In this document: positions 1 through 8,708 of the stretch, one piece after another
How positions within the stretch are numbered: the first letter of the stretch is position 1
Layout: each line of letters begins with the position of its first letter
DNA from: Planctomycetota bacterium
Lineage (GTDB): Bacteria > Planctomycetota > B15-G4 > JADJEK01
NCBI GenBank assembly: GCA_044225365.1
Contig: JBGAIQ010000006.1
Span: 1-64,000 of the forward strand
Direction: 5' to 3'
DNA length: 64,000 nucleotides
Notes under the pieces: model-generated
What the model saw: only the letters and a program-made list of their open reading frames with translations
Told to the model about the DNA's origin: nothing
Database searches by the model: none
Translations under genes and position numbers: made by a program

Positions 1-133
1 GATCCGATGCGAGCGTGGGGTCGACCGGCCACCGCAGGCGCGCGTCGCGGACGACCACCTCGACGACCCGCTCGCCGACGACGTGCGGCGCGATCCCGCG
101 ACGGGTGGTCTCGACTTCGGGAAGCTCCGGCAT
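1..133 (-). CDS. mutM: Formamidopyrimidine-DNA glycosylase (Fpg/MutM), 5' part, truncated by window edge
   Basis: Not in ORF track. Hand translation from ATG at 133 gives [44 protein letters not shown], with the diagnostic Fpg N-terminus MPELPEVET and RLRWP; start overlaps the upstream stop (TGATG). Confidence 0.93.
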   Translation of the reverse strand, partial: MPELPEVETTRRGIAPHVVGERVVEVVVRDARLRWPVDPTLASD

Positions 134-402
134 CAGACCATCCTCGACGCGATCCAGAACCACAGGATGTTCGGCAGCAGGGCGAGGAACATCCAAGTCC
201 GGAAGGGCTGCTTCAGGGTCTTGTGCCGAAACAGCGTCGAACCGGCGAGCACGCCGATGAACCCGCCGCACGCGGTGAACGCGATCAGCGTGGATTCCCG
301 AAAGCGCCGCACGTCGCGGATCGCCGCGAGCTTGTCGAGGCCCATGACGAGGAACGCGATCACGTTGACTGCGGCGAAGAGTCCGAGGAGGAAATTCAGC
401 AC
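133..402 (-). CDS. DUF1294 (YsdA-like) small membrane protein
   Basis: 89 aa hydrophobic; [28 protein letters not shown] matches the DUF1294 pattern (DK, RIxE, FRHKT). Confidence 0.85.
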   Translation of the reverse strand: MLNFLLGLFAAVNVIAFLVMGLDKLAAIRDVRRFRESTLIAFTACGGFIGVLAGSTLFRHKTLKQPFRTWMFLALLPNILWFWIASRMV

Positions 403-441
403 GCCGCCAGAATACGCGTTTCGCCGCTATCCTCGGCATCG

Positions 442-2343
442 ATGTCGCAATCGAGATTCCTGAAGCTCGAGATCCTGGGCTGCGTGCTGCTCCTCGCGGC
501 CACGCTCGGGATCCTGTTTCGCGCGCCCAAGGCGCCGTGGGAAGGGACCGGACGCGAGGAATCCCCGACGAACGGCGGCGGAATCGAAGCGCCGCGGCTC
601 GAAGGCGACGGAACCCGCAGCCCGGGCGTGCGCACGGAAGTCCCTCCCATCGTCGCACCGCCTCCGAAACCCAAACCGCCGACGAAGCACGTGAGCGGCA
701 AGCTCGTCGTGATCGACGCCCTCGGCCACGAATCCGCGGATCGATCCGGCCAGCTCTTCATGAAGGTCCAGGTCGAAGGCGAGAGCGCGGAGGTGCACCG
801 GGTGGCGGTCAGGAAGGGCGCGTTCACGCTCGACGCCTACGAAGGCTGCTTCCTCGCCTGCGACACCGCAACGATCGACGACGACTACGCGGTCGTAGAC
901 CTGGAGCGAACACCGATCCCGAACGAAGGCACTCTCGTCGTCCACGCGAAGATCCCCCCGCGCACGCGGCTGTTCGTCGAAGATGCGCTGACCGGCGCTT
1001 CGCTCGAGCGCGTGACCCTCCGCGACGATTCACGGTGGCACGATTCGAGCGCGTGGGATCTCGAACCGGGCGATCTCGAGAACAAGGAGATCCGGGTGAA
1101 CACGGGAGCATCACCCCGTGAGATCCCCCTCGATGCCGCCGGCCAACTCTATTGGTGGGTCGACGCTCCCGGCTACGCACCACAACGCGTCCGCATGGCC
1201 ACGACGAACGGCGGCGATTACGTCGTGCGATTGCAGCGCGCCGCTTCGCTCACCGTGACCTTCACCCCCTCTCCGAGCACCGACGACCTCGTCCTCGTGA
1301 TCGAGAGGGACTCCGACGCGCGGACGGTCGGCCGGCGACTACTGGAGAAAGGTCGAACCGAGCCCGTTCGATTCGCCGCCGTGGATCCGGGCCGTTACGT
1401 GCTGCGCGTCGTTTCGAAGTCGAGATCGCCGCTCGTCCTCGCCGAGTCGCACACCGAACTCATGCCCGGCGAATCGAAGCAGACACTCCTCGAGTTCATG
1501 CCGACCTCCGCGCCCGTGCTGCTGCGCGGCACGATCCGCGTTCCGAGCTCATGGCCCGAGACAATGCTCTTCATGGTCTCGAGCCGCGAATCGAGCGATC
1601 GAGAATGGCTCGCGCCCGTCTCGAAGCTCTTCTCCGATCTGTCGACGATCGGCTCCGACTCGCGGGAGCGAAGCTTCGAGATCGCGATGCCACGAGCTCG
1701 CCTGTTCCGTTTCGAATTCGATTCGACCGGAATCGCGTTCGAGCGCACGGCCCTCGAGTGCGAACAGCCGCTGCGATTCGAGCTGCCCGAAGCCGCGAGA
1801 GTGCGATTTCGACTCCGCACCGACGATGGCGGCCTGTTTCGAGGTTCCGCCAATCTCAGCCTGCACTTGCGATTCGGCGGGGTCGAATCGAGCGTCATAC
1901 CCGATTCGGAAGGCGCGAACGGCGATCCGACCGAAGTCGCGATGATGCCACCCGGAGAGATCACCATCGAATCGCGCCAGTCCGCCTTGGTCTTCCTCGA
2001 TGGATCACGCCGGACGAAAGTGGTCGTGACCCAGGGCGACAACGAGATCGTGCTGCCCGTTCGCGTCGCGAAAGGAAGCCTGCTCGCTCAGTTCGGCCTT
2101 CACGGTGCGATCTTGAGCGTATCGGACTCGGTCCTGGAGAACACTCGAGTGCTCCGCGCGAACGGAGAGGAACTCCTCGGCAGTGTGGACGCCGGCGGAA
2201 TCCTGATACCGATCGGAGTTCGCGAGACGTTGGAGATCGTGCCGCCGACGATCGAGGGTTTTCAGCCGGCCGCGCCGATGTCGGTCGATGTCGATCCTAC
2301 GATGGCGAAGCGCGTCGTGATCGAGTTGGCCACGAAGTCGTGA
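442..2343 (+). CDS. Membrane-anchored protein with repeated carboxypeptidase-regulatory-like/Ig-like beta-sandwich modules
   Basis: Start moved to ATG 442 ([28 protein letters not shown] anchor); Pro-rich linker, then motifs [33 protein letters not shown]. Confidence 0.6.
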   Translation: MSQSRFLKLEILGCVLLLAATLGILFRAPKAPWEGTGREESPTNGGGIEAPRLEGDGTRSPGVRTEVPPIVAPPPKPKPPTKHVSGKLVVIDALGHESADRSGQLFMKVQVEGESAEVHRVAVRKGAFTLDAYEGCFLACDTATIDDDYAVVDLERTPIPNEGTLVVHAKIPPRTRLFVEDALTGASLERVTLRDDSRWHDSSAWDLEPGDLENKEIRVNTGASPREIPLDAAGQLYWWVDAPGYAPQRVRMATTNGGDYVVRLQRAASLTVTFTPSPSTDDLVLVIERDSDARTVGRRLLEKGRTEPVRFAAVDPGRYVLRVVSKSRSPLVLAESHTELMPGESKQTLLEFMPTSAPVLLRGTIRVPSSWPETMLFMVSSRESSDREWLAPVSKLFSDLSTIGSDSRERSFEIAMPRARLFRFEFDSTGIAFERTALECEQPLRFELPEAARVRFRLRTDDGGLFRGSANLSLHLRFGGVESSVIPDSEGANGDPTEVAMMPPGEITIESRQSALVFLDGSRRTKVVVTQGDNEIVLPVRVAKGSLLAQFGLHGAILSVSDSVLENTRVLRANGEELLGSVDAGGILIPIGVRETLEIVPPTIEGFQPAAPMSVDVDPTMAKRVVIELATKS

Positions 2344-2477
2344 TTCCGGAAGTGCCGGGCTGGAGCCCGGCGGTCCAAACACTCCCGGCTGTTCAATTAC
2401 TCTCGGAACTAAGGGCAGTCGAAGGCAGGATTCCGGAAGTGCCGGGCTGGAGCCCGGCGGTCCAAAGGAGCCCGGCG
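2342..2477. repeat. Two exact 38-bp direct repeats (2342-2379, 2429-2466) plus a partial third; REP-like palindrome
   Basis: GATTCCGGAAGTGCCGGGCTGGAGCCCGGCGGTCCAAA twice, 49 bp apart; core GCCGGGCT-GG-AGCCCGGC is an 8-bp stem; lies between convergent genes. Confidence 0.85.
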
Positions 2478-2489
2478 CTCCGAGTGCGG

Positions 2490-3575
2490 TCAGCGGGCGA
2501 GGGTCTTGCCGAACGAGCCGAGGTCCTTGAACGCCTCGGCCAGCCGCTCGACGACGCCCTGCTCCGCGAGGCGGAGATACTTGCGCGGGTCATAGAGCTT
2601 CTTGTACGGCGTGCCGTCGACGGGATCGATCTGGTAGTCGAATGCCTTCGGGTTCTTCTTCACGAAGTCGCCGATCGGCTTGCTGAAGGCGAACTGCGTG
2701 TCGGTGTCGATGTTCATCTTGAACACGCCGTAGCTCACGGCCTCCGAGATCTTCTCCTTCTCCGAGCCCGAGCCGCCGTGGAACACGAGGTTGAGCGGGT
2801 TCTTGCCCGTGTTCTTCGTCTTCTGCACCAGCGCCTGCGAGTTCTTGAGGATCTCGGGGCGCAGCTTCACGTTGCCCGGCGCGTAGACGCCGTGGACGTT
2901 GCCGAACGACGCCGCGACCGAGAAATGCCCGATCGGCGTGAGCCGCTCGTAGGCCTGCAGCACGTCCTCCGGCTGCGTGTAGAGCTTTGCGTTGTCCGCG
3001 CCATCGTGGGCCTTGCCGACGCCGTCCTCTTCGCCACCGGTCACGCCGAGCTCGAGTTCGAGACTCATGCCGAGCGGCGCGATGCGGCGCAGCGTCTTCT
3101 CGCACTGCGCGATGTTCCAGTCGAGCGGTTCCTCCGACAGGTCGAGCATGTGCGACGAGAACAGCGGCGCGCCGGTCTTCTTGAAGTGCTCTTCACCGGC
3201 GTCGATGAGGGCGTCGACCCACGGGATCAGTTCCTTGTTCGCATGGTCCGTGTGGACGCCGACGCAGACGCCGTAGTACTTGGCGAGCGTGTGGATGAGC
3301 TGCGCCGCCGCGATCGCACCGACCGCCTTCGCCTTGCTCGAATCCGGGAATCCCTTGCCCGCGAAGAACTCCGCCCCGCCATTGCTGAGCTGGATGATGA
3401 CGTCCGACTTCGACTTCGCCGCCGCCTCGAGCACCGCGTTGATCGTATTGCTCGTCGTGACGTTGACGGCCGGAAGCGCGTAGCCGCCGTTCTTGCATGC
3501 TGCGATCAGGGCCTTGTAATCGTTGCCGGTCACGACGCCCGGCTTCAGCGCGACTTGGGTCTGCGTCAGACTCAT
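2490..3575 (-). CDS. fbaA: Class II fructose-bisphosphate aldolase
   Basis: YALPAVNV, HTDH, FSSHMLDLSEE, GVTGGEEDG, FGNVHGVY, VFHGGSG, KMNIDTD, YDPR motifs; 361 aa. Confidence 0.97.
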   Translation of the reverse strand: MSLTQTQVALKPGVVTGNDYKALIAACKNGGYALPAVNVTTSNTINAVLEAAAKSKSDVIIQLSNGGAEFFAGKGFPDSSKAKAVGAIAAAQLIHTLAKYYGVCVGVHTDHANKELIPWVDALIDAGEEHFKKTGAPLFSSHMLDLSEEPLDWNIAQCEKTLRRIAPLGMSLELELGVTGGEEDGVGKAHDGADNAKLYTQPEDVLQAYERLTPIGHFSVAASFGNVHGVYAPGNVKLRPEILKNSQALVQKTKNTGKNPLNLVFHGGSGSEKEKISEAVSYGVFKMNIDTDTQFAFSKPIGDFVKKNPKAFDYQIDPVDGTPYKKLYDPRKYLRLAEQGVVERLAEAFKDLGSFGKTLAR

Positions 3576-3634
3576 GGTTTCAGCTCACTAGGTAGAAGCG
3601 AATCGTCCAGTTCCGGAATGGTCAAGGTCGGCTC

Positions 3635-4399
3635 ATGGTAGCACGAAACCGTCGTACGCGACGCCAAGAGAGGAGCGGACAGAACGCCGCAGGAACGGGA
3701 AAGGACGCGCTCCGGCGCGAGAAGGCCGCCCGCATCCAACGCACCCTCGACGAGATCTATCCGACGGTCCCGATCCCGCTCGATCACGCGGATCCCTTCA
3801 CATTGCTCGTCGCCGTGCTGCTCTCCGCCCAGACCACCGATGTGATGGTGAACAAGTGCACGCCCTCGCTCTTCGCGAAAGCGTGCACTCCCGCCGCCAT
3901 GGCCGCCCTGCCGGTCGAGGAGATCCTCGCCTGCATCAAGACCTGCGGGCTCGCCCCGACCAAGGCGAAGAACCTGAAGCGGCTCTCCGAGATCCTCGTC
4001 GAGAAGCACGGCGGCGTCGTCCCGTCGACGTTCGAGGAACTCGAAGCGCTGCCGGGCGTCGGTCACAAGACCGCGAGCGTCGTCATGGCGCAGGCCTTCG
4101 GCGTGCCGGCGTTTCCCGTCGACACGCACATCCATCGCCTCGCGCACCGTTGGGGACTCTCGAACGGCACGACGGTGGAACGCACCGAGGATGATCTGAA
4201 GCGCGTGTTCCCCCGCGAGGCGTGGAACAAGCTGCATCTGCAGATCATCTGGTTCGGCAGGCAGCACTGCCAAGCCCAGCGTCACGATCCGGGTGCGTGC
4301 CCCATCTGTTCGTTCGCGGCACGCCCTGCGGGCGCATCGGGACGACGTGCGACGATCGCGACGACGGGCTTGCCGACGCGCAAACCAAAGACGACGTAA
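3635..4399 (+). CDS. nth: Endonuclease III (HhH-GPD DNA glycosylase/AP lyase)
   Basis: LLVAVLLSAQTTD, LPGVGHKTA (HhH), PVDTHIHRLA, C-terminal Cys cluster. Confidence 0.93.
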   Translation: MVARNRRTRRQERSGQNAAGTGKDALRREKAARIQRTLDEIYPTVPIPLDHADPFTLLVAVLLSAQTTDVMVNKCTPSLFAKACTPAAMAALPVEEILACIKTCGLAPTKAKNLKRLSEILVEKHGGVVPSTFEELEALPGVGHKTASVVMAQAFGVPAFPVDTHIHRLAHRWGLSNGTTVERTEDDLKRVFPREAWNKLHLQIIWFGRQHCQAQRHDPGACPICSFAARPAGASGRRATIATTGLPTRKPKTT

Positions 4400-5532
4400 G
4401 GCGTCCGTCCCGTTCCATTGAGCTCGATCTGCGTCGCGAGCGCATCGATCGCGCCGCCCCGCGTCTTCACTTCGACGGCGCCGCCGTCGTTCGCGATGAG
4501 CCATTCACGGACCTTCGAGAGTCGCCAGGGAAGGCTCGCGATCACCTCGTAGCGTTCGAGCCACGGACTCTCGATGCACGCATCCGACGTCAACAGCCCG
4601 AGCCCGGGATGCAGCTCGCTCACGTCCTCGCCGCCCTCGACCGTCGCCATCGCGGAAGCCACGATCCGCGCGCGCTCGAGTGCGGCGTCGGCGACGTAGA
4701 GGTAGCGCTTCGGCGTGCCGTCCCCTTGCTGCAGCATCGAGATGTCGTCGCTGCTCACGGAGATCTCTTCGGGCAATCGCGTCGCGCGCAGTCGGCCCGG
4801 TTGGCAGAATCCTTCGCCGAACCAGAGCACGGCTTGGATCAGCGAACCTCCGTCGCTCACGAGTTCGATCTCGCAGCGGTCGCGCCACGGCAGTTCGCGC
4901 AGGTCGATGCCGGGTGAGAGCTTCAGCGCTCCACCCTTCGCCTCGCGCATCACTCGCTCGATCGTCTCGCCCGGAGGACGCATCTCGTCGAGGAAGTGCG
5001 CGCGCCGCGCGCCGCCCCGGCTCTTCTCGTCCTCGCGCCGCGACGGATCGAGATGCACGTACTCCGAAGCCACCGCTCGCGTCACCACATCGCCGCGCAG
5101 GGTGGCGCATCCCGCGTAGCGTTCGGTCATGAAAACGCGCGCGGGCAGGAGGTCGACGCCGATCGTCTCGACGAGCCGCGCGAGGTGCCGCGCGTCGCCG
5201 CCGATACCGCAACACAGGTCGAAGACTCGCTTGCTCCCGCGAATCGCGAACTGCTTCGCCTTCCACGCCGCGACGCTCGCCCGCGACGCCTGCTCGACGC
5301 CCGCGATGTCGGCGATCAGCGTTTCGCTCGCCTCGAGCCGCCGGCTCGCACGACGCCGCGCCTCGAGCAATTCGAGCGCGACCCGGACGTGCAGCTCCGG
5401 AAACCGAGCGCGCAGCTTCACGACGTCGCGCACCTGTTTGGGATCGAGCTGCGCTGCGAGCGCGAGCAGCTCAGCGCCGGACGGCTCTGCGAGCGCCTTC
5501 CACGGCGCTGCGTCGGCGAGCAGATCGGTCAT
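4282..5532 (-). CDS. Class I SAM-dependent methyltransferase with C-terminal THUMP-like domain
   Basis: EQAS..VA, DLCCGIGGD (SAM motif I), DPSRR, KLSPG, C-terminal VEVKTRG. Substrate unknown, probably RNA. Confidence 0.75.
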   Translation of the reverse strand: MTDLLADAAPWKALAEPSGAELLALAAQLDPKQVRDVVKLRARFPELHVRVALELLEARRRASRRLEASETLIADIAGVEQASRASVAAWKAKQFAIRGSKRVFDLCCGIGGDARHLARLVETIGVDLLPARVFMTERYAGCATLRGDVVTRAVASEYVHLDPSRREDEKSRGGARRAHFLDEMRPPGETIERVMREAKGGALKLSPGIDLRELPWRDRCEIELVSDGGSLIQAVLWFGEGFCQPGRLRATRLPEEISVSSDDISMLQQGDGTPKRYLYVADAALERARIVASAMATVEGGEDVSELHPGLGLLTSDACIESPWLERYEVIASLPWRLSKVREWLIANDGGAVEVKTRGGAIDALATQIELNGTGRTPYVVFGLRVGKPVVAIVARRPDAPAGRAANEQMGHAPGS

Positions 5533-5539
5533 CGCTCTC

Positions 5540-6889
5540 TCACTCCTGCCGGAGCGCTTTCACGGGATCGAGCCGCGCGGCGCGCAGCGCGGGGATCGCG
5601 GCGCAGATGCACGCGAACATCACGGTGGCGGCGACGATCAGCGGGAACGTGCGTCCCTGCAACTCGATCGGGATCCGATCGAAGTAGTACACGTCCTTCT
5701 TGAACAACGGCGTGTGCGTGATGTGGTCCGTGATCCAGTCGTGGACGTCGTTGATGTGATGGGCGAGGAACGCGCCGGTGAACGAGCCGACCGCCGACGA
5801 GACGAACGACATGAGGAAGCCCGCGATCGTGAACACCGTGAGGATCCCGAAGGGCGACGCCCCCATCGCGGCGATCGTGCCGATGTCGCGCAGCTTGTCG
5901 GAGACGAGGATCGTCATCGTGGCGAACACGTTGAAGCAAGCGACGAGCACGAAGAAGAACAACAACAGCGCGAGCACGCTGCGCTGGCTCTGGATCGCCT
6001 TGATCTCGTTGCCATGGCGCTGCACCCACGTCTGCGTGCGAGCGGGGAGGCGCTTCGCATCGAGGACGTTTGCGATCCGCGCGGCGACGTCGTTCGGGTC
6101 GTTCCCACTCGCGACACGGATGCAGATCTCCGTCGCGTCGCCGCCGGACTTGGCGAAGACACGCGCCGCCTGCAGGTCGACGTAGAGGCCCGCCGAATCG
6201 ATCGGGAAGTAGCCGCAGCGCACCGCGCCACCGATCACGAAGCGCTGCGTCAGGGGCTCGAAGTGGTCGCCGCTGATGTCGTCGGGAAGTGTCGACAGTT
6301 CGATCACCTGGCCCTTCGCGAGGTGGAACTTCTCGAAGACGCCTTCGCCGGGGAGTGCGACCGGCAGATCGCGCGCGTCGTCGTCCAGTTTGGAGCGATC
6401 GATCGCGAACGGTTGCCGTGGGTCGTCGACGGCGCGGACACCTTCGTCGACGTTCTTCTCGTTCTTGACGTACTCCATGAAGTCGGTCGTCAGCAGGTCG
6501 CCCGCCGGGTCGACACCGATCATCTGCCCGAAGTTGTTCTCGGTGAGCTGCTCGACCGCCTCGGGATCGTCCTTCCGCGGCCCGCAGCGCAGTAGCACCG
6601 GGCGAACGAGATGCGCCGACATCGCGGCGATTCCCGTCTCTCCGGCGAGTGCATCCTTCAGTTGCTCGAACGTGGGCAGCTTCGTCGCGCCCGAAGCGCC
6701 CTCGGGATACGGCGTGATGACGACGTCGCCCGCCTCGCCCTGGTAGACCCGGCTGATCTCGCGCAAGTACCCCGTCATGATCGCGAGCGTCACGATCGCC
6801 GACGTGACGGTGATCCAGATCCCGATCATCGAGACCCAGGAGATCGGCCGCGCGCCGATGTAGCGAAGTGCGAGGAAGAATCGGTACAC
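5540..6889 (-). CDS. LolC/LolE-family (FtsX-like) ABC transporter permease
   Basis: FLALRY N-terminus, TM1, large periplasmic domain, VACFNV..LVSDKLRDIGTIAAMGAS, DVYYFDRIP, PALRAARLDPVKALRQE. Confidence 0.88.
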   Translation of the reverse strand: MYRFFLALRYIGARPISWVSMIGIWITVTSAIVTLAIMTGYLREISRVYQGEAGDVVITPYPEGASGATKLPTFEQLKDALAGETGIAAMSAHLVRPVLLRCGPRKDDPEAVEQLTENNFGQMIGVDPAGDLLTTDFMEYVKNEKNVDEGVRAVDDPRQPFAIDRSKLDDDARDLPVALPGEGVFEKFHLAKGQVIELSTLPDDISGDHFEPLTQRFVIGGAVRCGYFPIDSAGLYVDLQAARVFAKSGGDATEICIRVASGNDPNDVAARIANVLDAKRLPARTQTWVQRHGNEIKAIQSQRSVLALLLFFFVLVACFNVFATMTILVSDKLRDIGTIAAMGASPFGILTVFTIAGFLMSFVSSAVGSFTGAFLAHHINDVHDWITDHITHTPLFKKDVYYFDRIPIELQGRTFPLIVAATVMFACICAAIPALRAARLDPVKALRQE

Positions 6890-6905
6890 GCAGAAAGCCT
6901 ACCGT

Positions 6906-7481
6906 TCACCGGCCGCGAATCGCCAGGAGGGTCGGGAAGAACGCGTCGAAATCGCGCTGCAGGTCGTCCTGCCGGGCGCGAATGGCTTCGAACGACGATC
7001 GATCCGCGAGCGGATTCGCGTGCCGCATGCGCTTCGAGATGCCTTCGAGCGCCCGCTCGACGCTCCGCGGATCGGCATAGGACGCGAGCCAGTCGTGCTG
7101 CACCATGCTGCCGCGAACCTGCAGCAGTCGTGGCGGGAGGTGCTCGACGTGAGAATCGAGCGCGGCGTAGACGCTCGCGGTGAACGCCGTCAGGGGCTCG
7201 TCGCTGTAGCGATGGAATCCCATTGCGAGGAAGTGGTCGAACAGCACGTCGAGGACGATGCCGGAGAATCGCCGCAATGGTGGTTCGAATCGCGCTCGGG
7301 AGGCGCGGACGATGGGATGGTCGTCCGTGAAGGCGTCGACCCGCCGATGCTCGATCACGCCGTCGCGCACGCCCATGGGAAGCGTGGCGAGGTCGAGACC
7401 CCGCGCGAAGTCCGCGATCAGCGAGCCCGCGATCGCCGCCGGATCGGGCGCCGCGAAGAACGCGTGCGCGAGGTAGTTCAC
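6906..7481 (-). CDS. acpH: Acyl carrier protein phosphodiesterase
   Basis: GTG start at 7481 (GTGA overlap): (M)NYLAH, GSLIADF, HRRVDAFTDDHP, DVLFDHFLA, WLASY. Confidence 0.88.
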   Translation of the reverse strand: MNYLAHAFFAAPDPAAIAGSLIADFARGLDLATLPMGVRDGVIEHRRVDAFTDDHPIVRASRARFEPPLRRFSGIVLDVLFDHFLAMGFHRYSDEPLTAFTASVYAALDSHVEHLPPRLLQVRGSMVQHDWLASYADPRSVERALEGISKRMRHANPLADRSSFEAIRARQDDLQRDFDAFFPTLLAIRGR

Positions 7482-7915
7482 GTGTCCGGCGGGTACGCGT
7501 CCTTCGACACGAACATCTTGAGGCGCTTCGATTCCGGCTTGCCCGCGACGTCCTCGACGCGCAGGTGATACGTCCAGAAGCCGGGCCCGAGCGTACCGGG
7601 CGTCGACTTCGGATTGGGATCGAACACCACGCCGCCGCCGTTGCCGAGCGTCGCCTCGACGCGCTGCCATTCCGTCGCTTCCCCGACCGTCGTGTAGTCG
7701 GACGACTCGCCGGGCTTGAGCGACCCGAAGTCGCGCACGACGGTGTCGGCATACACCTTGATGGACTCGAGCCGGTACGGACTGTCGTTGCGCACGCGGA
7801 TCTGTGGATACCCACAAGCGACGAAAGCCGTGAGCAGCACGGTGCACACCGCCCCGCGCCAACGGCCCCGCGAAGCCTTGTTACTCGACGTCTGAAGCCC
7901 CATGGTCACCGCCAA
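7478..7915 (-). CDS. Putative lipoprotein, hypothetical
   Basis: Basic N-region, hydrophobic stretch, lipobox-like FVAC, small beta-rich domain; start uncertain. Confidence 0.6.
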   Translation of the reverse strand: MAVTMGLQTSSNKASRGRWRGAVCTVLLTAFVACGYPQIRVRNDSPYRLESIKVYADTVVRDFGSLKPGESSDYTTVGEATEWQRVEATLGNGGGVVFDPNPKSTPGTLGPGFWTYHLRVEDVAGKPESKRLKMFVSKDAYPPDT

Positions 7916-8009
7916 TCTCGCGTTCTCCGGGCGGACGCGTTGCGCATAGCGTGTGTTATTGGGAGGGGGGATTTCAAGTGTGCGCGAAGAAATCGCACTC
8001 TCCGACCGT

Positions 8010-8708
8010 TCAGCGCGAGGCGCTCTCCCGCAATCGATACCCCACTCCAGGCTCGGTGACGATGTACTTCGGACGCGACGGGTCGGGCTCGAGCTTGTGA
8101 CGCAGATTGCTCACGTTGACCCGCAGCAAATGGACTTCGCCCTCATTGCCGCGACCCCAGACGGCGCGCAGCAGGTGGCCGTGCGTCAGGACCTTCCCCA
8201 CGTTCTTCACCATCTCCTTCAGGATGTCGTATTCGGTCGGCGTGAGTTGGATCTCGGCGCCATCCCGAGTCACGATTCGCTTCGTGACGTCGACGATCAG
8301 GCCATCGGCCTCGAATACGACCGATCCCTCCGGCCGGCTCGCCCGGCGCAGGGAGGCGCGCACCCGCGCGAGCAGTTCGCCCGTCGCGAAGGGTTTCGTC
8401 ACGTAGTCGTCGGCGCCGGCATCGAGGGCGCGAATCTTGTCGTCCTCGCGCTCGCGCACCGAGAGCACGAGGATCGGTATGCCGGTCCATTCGCGCATTC
8501 GCCGCGTCACCTCGAACCCGTCGATGTCGGGCAGGCCGAGATCCAGGATGACGGCGTCGGGCCGGCAGGCCATCGCCTGAGCGACGGCTTCCTCGCCCGT
8601 CGTCGCTTCGAACACGGCGAAGCCGTTCGCCGCGAGCGAGGTCCGCAGGAACGTGCGGATCGCGCGCTCGTCGTCGACGATGAGGATGCGAGGTCCGTCG
8701 CCACTCAT
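8010..8708 (-). CDS. kdpE: Response regulator KdpE (OmpR family)
   Basis: ATG at 8708 (ATGA overlap with kdpD): ILIVDDE, ILDLGLPDIDG, ALDAGADDYVTKPF, LTPTEY, LRHKLEPDPSRPKYIVTEPGVGYR. Confidence 0.95.
   Translation of the reverse strand: MSGDGPRILIVDDERAIRTFLRTSLAANGFAVFEATTGEEAVAQAMACRPDAVILDLGLPDIDGFEVTRRMREWTGIPILVLSVREREDDKIRALDAGADDYVTKPFATGELLARVRASLRRASRPEGSVVFEADGLIVDVTKRIVTRDGAEIQLTPTEYDILKEMVKNVGKVLTHGHLLRAVWGRGNEGEVHLLRVNVSNLRHKLEPDPSRPKYIVTEPGVGYRLRESASR

Noticed and set aside
7-441. N-terminal extension of the 7..2343 ORF
   Set aside because: Overlaps mutM and the DUF1294 gene on the other strand; ATG 442 gives a normal membrane anchor.
2342-2466. Mini CRISPR array (38-bp repeat, 49-bp spacer)
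   Set aside because: Only two repeats, no cas genes or leader, and the palindromic core recurs at 57.5 kb in a different context, which fits a REP element.
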